A stretch of DNA of 32,000 nt from Candidatus Nanogingivalaceae bacterium. GTDB taxonomy: Bacteria > Patescibacteriota > Saccharimonadia > Saccharimonadales > Saccharimonadaceae. Location: contig CP072208.2 in the NCBI GenBank assembly GCA_015257795.3, positions 330,001 through 362,000 of the forward strand, in the 5' to 3' direction. The number at the start of each line of letters is the position of its first letter. The stretch's first letter is position 1. Shown in pieces: positions 16,858-25,016 of the stretch. Below the pieces are notes generated by a model, which worked only from the letters and a program-made list of their open reading frames with translations, was not told the origin of the DNA and made no database searches. Both the position numbers and the translations under genes were made by a program.

Positions 16858-19083
16858 TTAAATTGTCGAACCGTTCATATGTTTAACTCGTGCAGAGATT
16901 TCCTTATGGCGACCTTTAACCATTGGTCGAGCCTGAGGATTTCCCAAATAACCACAAGTTCGTTTTACTACATCACAAGTTCTTGGATCGGCGTTTCCGC
17001 AATTTGGACATTTGAAACCTTTTTCAGTAGGCTCAAAATCACCTTCAAAACCACACTTGTAACATCTATCAATTGGTGTATTTGTTCCCAAATAACCAAC
17101 CCGGTCATAAGCATAATCCCAAACAGCTTCAAGCGCTTTCGGATTTTGTTGCAAAACTGGATATTCACAATAATGAATAAATCCGCCTGTCGCACCAGCC
17201 TTAACGTAATCTTTTTCAAAATCAAGTTTTTCGAAAGGAGTTGGATTTTTTCGAACATCATAGTGGAAAGAGTTTGTATAATACTCTTTATCTGTAATAT
17301 TCTCAATTACACCGAATTTCTCTTTATCCAAGCGACAAAAACGGTCAGTTAAGCTTTCGCTCGGAGTTGAATAAACACTGAAGTGATAGCCAAATTCATT
17401 CGACCAGTCTTCACAGAGTTCTTTCATCTTTCGAACGATAGAAATTGTAAATTCTTTAGCCTCTGGATTATTTTCCCATGAACCGCCATAGAAAACTGTA
17501 CCAACTTCGTAAAGACCAATATATCCAAACGAAACTGTCGCACGACGATTTTTAAAAGCTTCATCAACCGAATCTTCTGGAGATAAACGTTTACCGAAGG
17601 CTCCGTACTGATACAAAATTGGTGCATTAGTAGGGAGAGCTTCTTTAGTACGATTAACTCGAAAAACTAGCGCGTCTTTAACAATTTTGGCGCGTTCATC
17701 AAAAATTCTCCAGAATTTTTCGAAATTACCACCAGATTCAATTGCAATTCGCGGCAAGTTTAAAGTAACCACACCTAAATTCATTCGGCCAGAGTTTACT
17801 TCTTCACCGTTTTCGTCTTTCCAACCTTGAAGGAAAGAACGACAACCCATTGGAACCTTAAATGAACCAGTTAATTCAATAATCTTGTCATAAGAAAGCA
17901 CATCCGGATACATCCGTTTTGTTGCACATTCCAAGGCGAGCTGCTTGATATCATAGTTCGGATCTTCAGAATAAAGATTCACACCACGCTTAAGCGTAAA
18001 TACCAGCTTTGGAAAAATCGCTGTTCGATGCGATGCACCCAAACCTTTAATACGAATCTTTAAAATAGCTTTTTGAATTTCGCGCTCAAGATCAGTTCGA
18101 CCAAGTCCAAAACCGAAAGTCACAAACGGCGTTTGACCATTTGAGGTAAAAAGCGTATTAACTTCATATTCAAGCGATTGCATTGCGTCATAGATATCTT
18201 TACGCGTCTTTTCCCGAGCATATTGTTCTTGTTTGTCGCTGTCTTCAATCCATTTTTTGGCATCTTTAAGATGTTTTTCGTAATTCTTTTTTGCATAAGG
18301 CGCAAGGAGCTCGTCAATACGGTCGGCTGAGCAGCCACCATATTGGTTTGATGCAACGTTTGCAATAATTTGCGCCATTTGTGCTGCTGCTGTTTGAATT
18401 GATTTAGGGCTTTCGATATTCGCATTCCCCATCAAGAAACCTTCTTTCAGCATTCCTTTGAAATCAATCAAGCAACAGTTAGTCATTGGTTCATAAGGGC
18501 TATAATCCAAGTCATGGAAATGAATTTCACCCTTTTGATGCGCGTTTGAAACATGTTCTGGAAGCATTTGTAAACCAATTGCTTTACCTGTAACACCAGC
18601 CGTCAAATCACGTCTCGTCGCAAAAACTCCGCTGTCTTTATTTGCATTTTCATTAACAGTTGTAGCTTCTTTCGAGATTAATCGATTGATTGTTTTATCA
18701 ATTGATTTAGCACTTTCACGTTCTTCTTTGCGTTCATCGCGCCAATTTTTGTAATGATGATACACTTCGTCTTCTTTTAAACCCCTAAGAGTTGCCTCAA
18801 CTTCATCTTGAATTTCTTCAATAGCAAACTTATCTTGACCGTTATCGATTTTCTTTTTTAGATTTTTAATAACTAAATTACTAACCTCAAACGCTTTCGA
18901 AATTGAGTCTTCATTTTCGCCATATACCGAAATATAGGCTTTTTGAAGTGCGCGATAAATGCGTTCAGCATCAAATAAAACTTCACGACCATCGCGTTTC
19001 AAAACCTTCACATTCTTGAATAGGCTAGATTCTGCTTGCATTTTTTGCAATTCTTCTTTGTTAAATAGTTCAATTTGTACCAT
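16858..19083 (-). CDS. nrdD: Anaerobic (class III) ribonucleoside-triphosphate reductase
   Basis: N-terminal ATP-cone (VLKRDGREVLFD), C-terminal Zn ribbon (CYKCG...CPNCG), and glycyl-radical motif RTCGYLG. Confidence 0.93.
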   Translation of the reverse strand: MVQIELFNKEELQKMQAESSLFKNVKVLKRDGREVLFDAERIYRALQKAYISVYGENEDSISKAFEVSNLVIKNLKKKIDNGQDKFAIEEIQDEVEATLRGLKEDEVYHHYKNWRDERKEERESAKSIDKTINRLISKEATTVNENANKDSGVFATRRDLTAGVTGKAIGLQMLPEHVSNAHQKGEIHFHDLDYSPYEPMTNCCLIDFKGMLKEGFLMGNANIESPKSIQTAAAQMAQIIANVASNQYGGCSADRIDELLAPYAKKNYEKHLKDAKKWIEDSDKQEQYAREKTRKDIYDAMQSLEYEVNTLFTSNGQTPFVTFGFGLGRTDLEREIQKAILKIRIKGLGASHRTAIFPKLVFTLKRGVNLYSEDPNYDIKQLALECATKRMYPDVLSYDKIIELTGSFKVPMGCRSFLQGWKDENGEEVNSGRMNLGVVTLNLPRIAIESGGNFEKFWRIFDERAKIVKDALVFRVNRTKEALPTNAPILYQYGAFGKRLSPEDSVDEAFKNRRATVSFGYIGLYEVGTVFYGGSWENNPEAKEFTISIVRKMKELCEDWSNEFGYHFSVYSTPSESLTDRFCRLDKEKFGVIENITDKEYYTNSFHYDVRKNPTPFEKLDFEKDYVKAGATGGFIHYCEYPVLQQNPKALEAVWDYAYDRVGYLGTNTPIDRCYKCGFEGDFEPTEKGFKCPNCGNADPRTCDVVKRTCGYLGNPQARPMVKGRHKEISARVKHMNGSTI

Positions 19084-19147
19084 TTTATTTCACCACGTTT
19101 TTCTATTCTAAGTAAATATTTTAAAGTTCTTCTGTTCGACTTATATA

Positions 19148-19176
19148 ATTATAGTGCTTTTGTTTTAAAAAATCAA
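19148..19176 (-). promoter_or_regulatory. nrdD promoter (TTGATT-17-TATAAT)
   Basis: Exact 17-nt spacer, followed by a leader with a GGTGA SD. Confidence 0.6.
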
Positions 19177-19177
19177 G

Positions 19178-19198
19178 AAAAAACGCTATATTTAGCGT
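19178..19198 (-). terminator. Second tandem hairpin plus T6 upstream of the nrdD promoter
   Basis: ACGCTA-AATA-TAGCGT followed by TTTTT. Confidence 0.45.
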
Positions 19199-19212
19199 GT
19201 ATTATTTACAAC

Positions 19213-19237
19213 AAAAAAACCGCTTCTTTCGAAACGG
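19213..19237 (-). terminator. Terminator after the 154-aa membrane protein gene
   Basis: CCGTTTC-GAAA-GAAGCGG followed by T7. Confidence 0.65.
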
Positions 19238-19238
19238 T

Positions 19239-19703
19239 TTATTCTCCTTCTGTTGTGCGTTGCCATTTTCGACAGGCTATATTTGCTAATACTAAATACA
19301 ATAAAGTAAAAAGTATTCCTCGCCATAGATTATATCTCACCAATTGGGAAATAGCTCCCGGATAGTCCATGAGCGCTTGGGTTGCAATAAATGCCGCCCC
19401 AAATAAAGCAAGATCCTTTCTAAACTTTGCAATACCAGTTGCCTTCACTAGAATCGCTAGGCTTATCACTACTTCCAATATTAATCTTATTATTAAAATT
19501 GGACCAGAATCATTTTCGATAGCTAAGAAAGAAAACAATTCCATCTCTTTTCCGGTAACCTGCCTAACAATTAGCAAAATTGCATTCAGCACAATGATAG
19601 AAGAAAGGAAAATCAGTAGTTTTCTATTTATCCTCTCTCTACCAACAGAATTGAACAGAATTAAAACAATTGCAAATAGTATAATAATTATTTTTTGCAA
19701 CAT
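19239..19703 (-). CDS. Hypothetical multi-pass membrane protein
   Basis: About 5 hydrophobic helices. I moved the start to ATG 19703, preceded by GGAGGTGA. Confidence 0.65.
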   Translation of the reverse strand: MLQKIIIILFAIVLILFNSVGRERINRKLLIFLSSIIVLNAILLIVRQVTGKEMELFSFLAIENDSGPILIIRLILEVVISLAILVKATGIAKFRKDLALFGAAFIATQALMDYPGAISQLVRYNLWRGILFTLLYLVLANIACRKWQRTTEGE

Positions 19704-19758
19704 GTACTTCACCTCCGATATAGTGATTAATACATTATACAATTTTAAATTAAAAATG

Positions 19759-20058
19759 TCAAATCAAAAAGCCTATTGGCAAAAAGAAGCTTATAATTCC
19801 GCATATTAATGATACTGCATAAAAAATTCTTCGGTTATCTTGACGCTTTTCGAAAAAATAAACTCCCAAAAAACCAACAAAAAGACCAAGTGGAATACTT
19901 ACAGCCTCATGGGTTTTTATCCAAAATAACGAAATTAATGCACACAAAATCAATTTAAATAAAAATATCATATCATTTTCTGGGTTCTTTTCAAAACCTC
20001 GACGGCTCAATTTTGTTCGATTTCTAGCATAAGTTCGTGTATTTTGTTTTTGACTCAT
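19759..20058 (-). CDS. Hypothetical small membrane protein, 99 aa
   Basis: Basic N-terminus followed by 3 hydrophobic helices. The ATG lies 10 nt downstream of TGaTATAAT and has no SD. Confidence 0.6.
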   Translation of the reverse strand: MSQKQNTRTYARNRTKLSRRGFEKNPENDMIFLFKLILCALISLFWIKTHEAVSIPLGLFVGFLGVYFFEKRQDNRRIFYAVSLICGIISFFLPIGFLI

Positions 20059-20068
20059 ATTGCTTATG

Positions 20069-20077
20069 ATTATATCA
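20069..20077 (-). promoter_or_regulatory. Extended -10 (TGaTATAAT) 10 nt upstream of the 99-aa membrane protein ATG
   Basis: No SD. The -35 (TTTATT) is weak. Confidence 0.4.
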
Positions 20078-20100
20078 TATTTTTTATAAAAAATAAACTT

Positions 20101-20131
20101 AAAAACGAGCCAAATTCACTGACTCGTTTTT
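20101..20131 (-). terminator. rpsJ terminator
   Basis: CGAGTCA-GTGAATT-TGGCTCG flanked by A5 and T5. Confidence 0.65.
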
Positions 20132-20143
20132 AATTTTTACATA

Positions 20144-20458
20144 CTACATTTTGATTTCTGCATCAACACCAGCTGGAAGGCTGAGGTTTTGCAAAGAATC
20201 GATAGTTTTTGGTGTAGCGTTACTGATATCAATCAAACGTTTGTGTACGCGCATTTCATAAGCTTCACCACCCATTTTGTAAACGTGCGGGCTTTTCACG
20301 ACTGTGAAAGTACTTCGACGTGTTGGTAGTGGAACTGGTCCAGCAACAGTTGCTCCAGTTCGAAGTGCAGTATCAACAATTTGTTTTGCACTTTGGTCAA
20401 TAACTTTGTGATCGTATGCTTTTAGGCGAATACGAATTGTTAGGCCTTGTTCTGCCAT
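20144..20458 (-). CDS. rpsJ: 30S ribosomal protein S10 (uS10)
   Basis: 104-aa uS10 sequence ([17 protein letters not shown]...) with SD AAGGAG and its own promoter and terminator. Confidence 0.96.
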   Translation of the reverse strand: MAEQGLTIRIRLKAYDHKVIDQSAKQIVDTALRTGATVAGPVPLPTRRSTFTVVKSPHVYKMGGEAYEMRVHKRLIDISNATPKTIDSLQNLSLPAGVDAEIKM

Positions 20459-20547
20459 TTTTACTCCTTATTTTTGCGTTTGTAACTTCTTTCGAAACTT
20501 TAAGATAATCTCGAACGAATTCTCAAACAATTTTATATTGCTTTAAT

Positions 20548-20576
20548 ATTTTAACATATATTATTATTAAAATCAA
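20548..20576 (-). promoter_or_regulatory. rpsJ promoter (TTGATT-17-TGtTAAAAT)
   Basis: Exact 17-nt spacer, located just downstream of the tuf terminator, followed by a leader of about 90 nt. Confidence 0.6.
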
Positions 20577-20607
20577 CAAAAAACACCCCTTTCGGAGCGC
20601 TTTTTGT
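20577..20607 (-). terminator. tuf terminator
   Basis: AAAAAGCGCTCC-GAAA-GGGGTGTTTTTT. The stem contains several GU pairs. Confidence 0.5.
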
Positions 20608-20621
20608 AAAGTCATAAACTA

Positions 20622-21806
20622 TTATTTGATGATGTTTGTAACAACACCAGCACCAACAGTTCGTCCACCTTCACGGATAGCAAAGTTCAAACCTTGTTCC
20701 ATGGCGATAGGTGCTTGCAATTTAACTTTGAAAGTTACGTTGTCACCAGGCATAACCATTTCTTTGTCGGCTGGAAGTTCAACTTCACCAGTAACGTCAG
20801 TTGTTCGGAAGTAGAATTGTGGTTTGTAACCCTTTGAGAATGGAGTGTGTCGTCCACCTTCATCTTTCTTCAAGATATAAACTTCAGCTTCAAATTCTGT
20901 GTGTGGAGTAATTGTGCCAGGAGCAGCAATAACTTGTCCACGTTCAATTTGATCTCGGTCAATACCACGAAGAAGAAGACCAGCGTTGTCACCTGCTTGA
21001 CCTTGATCAAGAGATTTTTTGAAGGCTTCGATACCAGTAACAACTGTTTTTTGTGATGGGCGAAGACCAACAATTTCAACTTCATCGTTAAGTTTAACAA
21101 CACCTTGTTCGATTCGTCCAGTAGCAACTGTACCACGTCCTTTAATTGAGAAAACGTCTTCGATAGGCATCAAGAATGGTTTGTCCATATCGCGAACTGG
21201 TTCTTCGATGTATGAGTCCATAGCATCAACCAATTCCATAATAGCGTCTTCGTATTTTTCATCACCTTCAAGAGCTTTAAGAGCTGAACCTTTGATGATT
21301 GGAGCGTTGTCGCCATCAAATCCATTTGCTGAAAGAAGTTCACGAACGTCCATTTCAATCAATTCAACAAGTTCTTCATCGGCCATATCCATTTTGTTCA
21401 AGAAAACAACAATCTTAGGCACACCAACTTGTTTTGCCAAAAGAACGTGTTCACGAGTTTGTGGCATAGGACCATCTGTAGCTGCGATAACAAGAACAGC
21501 ACCATCAACTTGAGCGGCACCAGTAATCATGTTTTTAACATAGTCTGCGTGTCCAGGCATGTCAACGTGAGCATAGTGTCGGTTTTTTGATTCATATTCT
21601 TGGTGAGAAGAAGCAATCGTAATACCACGAGCTTTTTCTTCTGGAGCGTTGTCGATTTGATCGTACGCGATTGGTTTGTTAACTTCTGATGGAAGTCGTT
21701 TTGCAAGAACTGCTGTGATAGCCGCAGTAAGAGTTGTTTTACCGTGGTCAACGTGTCCCATTGTACCAACGTTTACGTGTGGCTTTGAGCGGTCAAAATC
21801 TGCCAT
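20622..21806 (-). CDS. tuf: Elongation factor Tu
   Basis: [17 protein letters not shown] and NKMD motifs. I moved the start to ATG 21806 ([14 protein letters not shown]), preceded by AAAGGAG. The 23 extra codons in the track cover the 5' leader. Confidence 0.97.
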   Translation of the reverse strand: MADFDRSKPHVNVGTMGHVDHGKTTLTAAITAVLAKRLPSEVNKPIAYDQIDNAPEEKARGITIASSHQEYESKNRHYAHVDMPGHADYVKNMITGAAQVDGAVLVIAATDGPMPQTREHVLLAKQVGVPKIVVFLNKMDMADEELVELIEMDVRELLSANGFDGDNAPIIKGSALKALEGDEKYEDAIMELVDAMDSYIEEPVRDMDKPFLMPIEDVFSIKGRGTVATGRIEQGVVKLNDEVEIVGLRPSQKTVVTGIEAFKKSLDQGQAGDNAGLLLRGIDRDQIERGQVIAAPGTITPHTEFEAEVYILKKDEGGRHTPFSKGYKPQFYFRTTDVTGEVELPADKEMVMPGDNVTFKVKLQAPIAMEQGLNFAIREGGRTVGAGVVTNIIK

Positions 21807-21840
21807 TTTTAGATTTTCTCCTTTTATTAATAATATTATG

Positions 21841-21886
21841 CGCGTCGCACGAGTCACTGTTTTAGCAAAACACACGACGCGACGCT
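21841..21886 (-). promoter_or_regulatory. GC-rich stem-loop in the tuf 5' leader
   Basis: GCGUCGCGU pairs with GUGCGACGC (7 Watson-Crick and 2 GU pairs) and encloses a small GUUUU-GCU-AAAAC hairpin. No U-run follows. Confidence 0.45.
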
Positions 21887-21894
21887 ACCTATAA

Positions 21895-21923
21895 TTATAC
21901 CTAATTTGTAATATTTTGTAAAG
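21895..21923 (-). promoter_or_regulatory. tuf promoter (TTTACA-17-TATAAT)
   Basis: Near-consensus hexamers with an exact 17-nt spacer. Confidence 0.65.
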
Positions 21924-21937
21924 AGTTTTTATGAAAA

Positions 21938-23017
21938 TTATTTTGAAGCTTTATAAAGTCCTTCATGTCGCTGATTCTCATAAATCAAAGTTGGAATACT
22001 TTTCGTTTTAATCTCATCGTTCACAATTCGCAAATTTTCTTTAACACGATTCGAAATTTCTTCACTTTTTGCCTTTTTCGAAATTTCTTCGATTTGAGAA
22101 TCCGAATATCCTGCATCTTTTAGCCAACCTTGCAGAATCTTTTCGGTCTCTTCGGTTGTAGTTGCAGTTTGGTTTTCGCCGTTAAATTTCTCTTGGAATA
22201 AAATTCCTTTTTCGTCCTTTTCGATAAAAATCTTCTCAACAATCATCCATTCGGCTGAAATCTTCTCACCATTTTCAGGTTGAGTACCTCGCACAGCTTC
22301 GATATACTTAGCAATAAAATCAGAATTCTTAAATTTTCCAGGAATTGGATACGGTAAAAGATACGTTTTATGCGTCTTAAAGAAACCGCTATTTTTTTGA
22401 TTTATAAACGTGCGTCGGCAAACAATACAACCAGGGTCGAAAATATCAACTGCTACGCTTGCGTCTTTCGAAACTTCATTCGAAAATTCACCACGATAAG
22501 TTGAATTCTTCACAACATAGTCTTGCGCATTCCAACTTCGAAACTTCGCAGGCATCGCACTAAAGATTTGTCCCCAATCCGTAAACCATGAAACTATTGG
22601 ACTTTCCGTATTTCCGCCATCAATCGAACAAGCCTCGGTTGAATTTAGCGCGCAAGAAGCTGGTCGTTGAATATCACAAGTTCCAAAAACAAATAGCGCT
22701 AAAGCCGATTTAATCACTGTTAAAACTGACCAAATAGTAATCAAAACAATTAAGCCGGCCACCGCCTCAATCGCCCAAGAAACCGGTTTTACCCATTTTT
22801 TGTGCTTCACGATTACTTTTCGAAGAATTGAATTTTTAATTTCGTCTTTAAAATTCGAATCACAAGCACGCAAAGTTACTCTTCGCGAAAAGCAATGCAT
22901 CGATTTTTTAAACATTTGATTGATTGATTTTGCTTGCTTTTTAAAGCCCAACAACTTTAAAGCGGGCGTAAACAGCCAAATAATCAACAAAATTATAAAT
23001 GCAGCAATACAAACCAT
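21938..23017 (-). CDS. Membrane-anchored thioredoxin-fold (DsbA-like) thiol:disulfide oxidoreductase
   Basis: Two N-terminal TM helices and extra Cys pairs (CFSRRVTLRAC and CDIQRPASCALNSTEAC). It has a CxxC active site (DPGCIVCR) and a cis-Pro-like IPTLIY. The ATG overlaps the upstream stop as TAATG. Confidence 0.75.
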   Translation of the reverse strand: MVCIAAFIILLIIWLFTPALKLLGFKKQAKSINQMFKKSMHCFSRRVTLRACDSNFKDEIKNSILRKVIVKHKKWVKPVSWAIEAVAGLIVLITIWSVLTVIKSALALFVFGTCDIQRPASCALNSTEACSIDGGNTESPIVSWFTDWGQIFSAMPAKFRSWNAQDYVVKNSTYRGEFSNEVSKDASVAVDIFDPGCIVCRRTFINQKNSGFFKTHKTYLLPYPIPGKFKNSDFIAKYIEAVRGTQPENGEKISAEWMIVEKIFIEKDEKGILFQEKFNGENQTATTTEETEKILQGWLKDAGYSDSQIEEISKKAKSEEISNRVKENLRIVNDEIKTKSIPTLIYENQRHEGLYKASK

Positions 23018-24162
23018 TAGCTAAAAATCCTTTCTAAAACTTCTTTTAATTTTACAACATCGGCTTCAGTATTATGCAAGCCAATTGAAATTCGCACCAA
23101 ATGTGGCAGTTTTCGAACTTCTTTTAAGTAGTAATGCGCACAAAAATAACCACTTCGCACCATAATTCCCTCATCACTCAAAGCCTGTGCAATTAAATGC
23201 GCATCAAGTTCATCGTGATAAAAGCTAATAACTGGCGCTGGTTTTTTGTTAATTACATGCACGCCTTTTTGCGTATTCAAAAACTCGAAAATTTCATTCG
23301 CAAAATTATCAATTTGTGAAGTTTTCTTTTGTTTTTTTAACCAATCAATTGCTGTTTTCAAGGCAATAATTTCACCCCAAGCTTGAAGTCCTGGTTCGAA
23401 AAGTGCATGAATATGTTCGCCATCCAATACCTCATAAGATTCTTTCGAAACGCCCGAAACCATTCCACCGCCAATAAAAGAAGTTTTTACGAATTTCGCA
23501 AAATCTTTTCGAACAACCATAATTCCAAGGCTTGCTGAATACATCTTGTGCGCGCTCGAAACGATCGCATCCGCTGGAACTTTTTGGAGCAATTCGTAGC
23601 TTGAACCTAGCGCTTGTGCCGCATCAATAATCACAAATCCGCCTTGTTTTTTGATTTTCTTCACTAGTTTTTTGATATTTTCGAGTCGTCGCCCATCAAT
23701 ATTTGAAGCCGCATTAACTACAACCAAAGCTTTCGAAAAATCATTCTCGAGCGAAATCGAACCATCTTCTTCGCGTTCAAGCACGATTCGTTCAATTTGA
23801 TGTTTTTTGGCAAATTCAATCGTTGAAAGAAAAACCGAATTATGTTCAATCTCGCTAGTTATCACTTTCGAAACTGGTAATTCAAGCTGCGAAAGCAATA
23901 AATTTAAACCATAGGTTGTGTTAAGCGTAAAACTTACAAAATAATCTTTTTCTTTTAACTTTAATAAATCCAAAACTGCTTCACGAGTTTCTTCAACCTT
24001 TTCATCAACTTTTCTACCCCAAGCGTATTTTACACGCTCGCCACAAGAGTTAAAACTCAAATAGTAATCATTTAAAGCATCCAAAACTGGTTGTGGGCGC
24101 AAAGATTGGCACGCCGAATCAAAATAATGAGCATTTTCTGGCAAATATTTAAAATCGTCCAA
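23017..24162 (-). CDS. Class V aminotransferase, SufS/Csd-like cysteine desulfurase
   Basis: YFDSACQSLRPQ N-terminal block, PLP-lysine context SSAHKMY, and catalytic-Cys context RSGYFCAHY. The TTG start lies 7-8 nt after AAGGAGG. Confidence 0.82.
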   Translation of the reverse strand: MDDFKYLPENAHYFDSACQSLRPQPVLDALNDYYLSFNSCGERVKYAWGRKVDEKVEETREAVLDLLKLKEKDYFVSFTLNTTYGLNLLLSQLELPVSKVITSEIEHNSVFLSTIEFAKKHQIERIVLEREEDGSISLENDFSKALVVVNAASNIDGRRLENIKKLVKKIKKQGGFVIIDAAQALGSSYELLQKVPADAIVSSAHKMYSASLGIMVVRKDFAKFVKTSFIGGGMVSGVSKESYEVLDGEHIHALFEPGLQAWGEIIALKTAIDWLKKQKKTSQIDNFANEIFEFLNTQKGVHVINKKPAPVISFYHDELDAHLIAQALSDEGIMVRSGYFCAHYYLKEVRKLPHLVRISIGLHNTEADVVKLKEVLERIFS

Positions 24163-24191
24163 AATTTAAACCTCCTTCTTTAACTTTTACC

Positions 24192-24220
24192 ATTTTAGCA
24201 CAAAAAAACATAGGCGTAAA
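24192..24220 (-). promoter_or_regulatory. Promoter of the desulfurase/DsbA-like pair (TTTACG-17-TGcTAAAAT)
   Basis: Exact 17-nt spacer. Confidence 0.6.
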
Positions 24221-24245
24221 GAAAAACCGCCCAATCTGAGCGGTT
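24221..24245 (-). terminator. Terminator of the 215-aa charged protein gene
   Basis: AACCGCTC-AGATT-GGGCGGTT followed by TTTC. Confidence 0.6.
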
Positions 24246-24250
24246 AAATT

Positions 24251-24898
24251 TTATGCGAAGGCAATCCGTGTCGCATTCTTTTTAGCGCGCGCAATGTCGC
24301 GATTTCTTTTATATGCTTGGTCGTGTCGATTATTAATTCGACGACCGTACTTCCTGTCTTTATGGTTAGTTTTTTGAACCTTTCGCATCTGACGATGATC
24401 ATCATTTTCAGCGATAGATAAGGCCTTAATTACTTTTTGAAGTTCTGGAATTAGCTCCTTATCTACATGATTTAGCTTTTTTCGAATTGTTTCCAGATAT
24501 TTCAATTCCTTATAAATTTCTTCACGTTGACCAGATGAAAGATTCGCTAAATAATTTTCAGTTTCGAAAATTTGATCAATCAATTCACATCGGCGTCTTA
24601 GCGCATCAGCTAGTTGATATTCATAAGATTCCAACTCTTCTTTTATAGAACAACTTTCAATTTCTTGAAGGGCTTTTTTTAGCCCTTTTCGTGTTTTGCC
24701 TTTCGAAAAATCCCGAGAAATTTTTGATCCTCGCAAAGATCTAGCTCTTTTATGAACTTTTAAAACTTCTTGCCAGCTCCCTGCTTCATCCAGTAAAGCA
24801 TCAACTTCATCAAATAATGATTCGAAAGCTCCATCTTCAGGACTAATAATTAAAACACGAACGCCGCCTTTTCTTTGTAAAACTTCTGTTGCTGTCAT
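24251..24898 (-). CDS. Hypothetical charged protein with a very basic C-terminal tail
   Basis: I moved the start to ATG 24898, 9 nt after AAGGAGG. It has its own consensus promoter and terminator, and I recognise no motif. Confidence 0.65.
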   Translation of the reverse strand: MTATEVLQRKGGVRVLIISPEDGAFESLFDEVDALLDEAGSWQEVLKVHKRARSLRGSKISRDFSKGKTRKGLKKALQEIESCSIKEELESYEYQLADALRRRCELIDQIFETENYLANLSSGQREEIYKELKYLETIRKKLNHVDKELIPELQKVIKALSIAENDDHRQMRKVQKTNHKDRKYGRRINNRHDQAYKRNRDIARAKKNATRIAFA

Positions 24899-24953
24899 AA
24901 CGAGCAACCTCCTTGAATATTTTTAGTCAAAGTTCTAACCTAAGACAAATCAT

Positions 24954-24982
24954 ATTTTAACACATAATCGTATTTTAGTCAA
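24954..24982 (-). promoter_or_regulatory. Promoter of the 215-aa charged protein gene (TTGACT-17-TGtTAAAAT)
   Basis: Exact 17-nt spacer. Confidence 0.6.
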
Positions 24983-24984
24983 TA

Positions 24985-25007
24985 GAAAATCGCCCTTTCT
25001 GAGCGAT
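24985..25007 (-). terminator. Terminator of the 132-aa coiled-coil gene
   Basis: ATCGCTC-AGAAA-GGGCGAT followed by TTTC. It is near-identical in design to the terminator at 24221-24245. Confidence 0.6.
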
Positions 25008-25016
25008 TTTTAAATT

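Noticed and set aside
19183-19198. A 16-nt palindrome (ACGCTAAATATAGCGT) upstream of nrdD that resembles an NrdR box. It matches about 13 of 16 positions of the consensus as I remember it.
   Set aside because: It is followed by a T-run and sits right after another terminator, so a tandem terminator is the simpler reading. The only possible second box (around 19140-19156) is poor and about 43 nt away, not the usual 31-32 nt. It remains worth a look if nrdR exists in the genome.
19704-19758. TATAAT preceded by TTG between the two membrane protein genes, considered as an internal promoter.
   Set aside because: The TG is directly adjacent with no spacer nucleotide, there is no -35 match, and no terminator separates the two genes. 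Co-transcription is the simpler reading.
21807-21875. N-terminal extensions suggested by the ORF track for tuf (23 codons), gpmA (15 codons, 15534-15578), rpsQ, the ABC permease, the 154-aa membrane protein and the 215-aa protein.
   Set aside because: In each case a downstream ATG with a well-spaced AGGAG-type SD matches the conserved protein N-terminus. The extension also covers a promoter, a leader hairpin or the preceding gene.
24921-24930. A second copy of TTGACTAAAA in the leader of the 215-aa gene, considered as an additional promoter.
   Set aside because: No -10-like hexamer lies at 16-18 nt downstream. It lies just upstream of the SD region and is probably coincidental.
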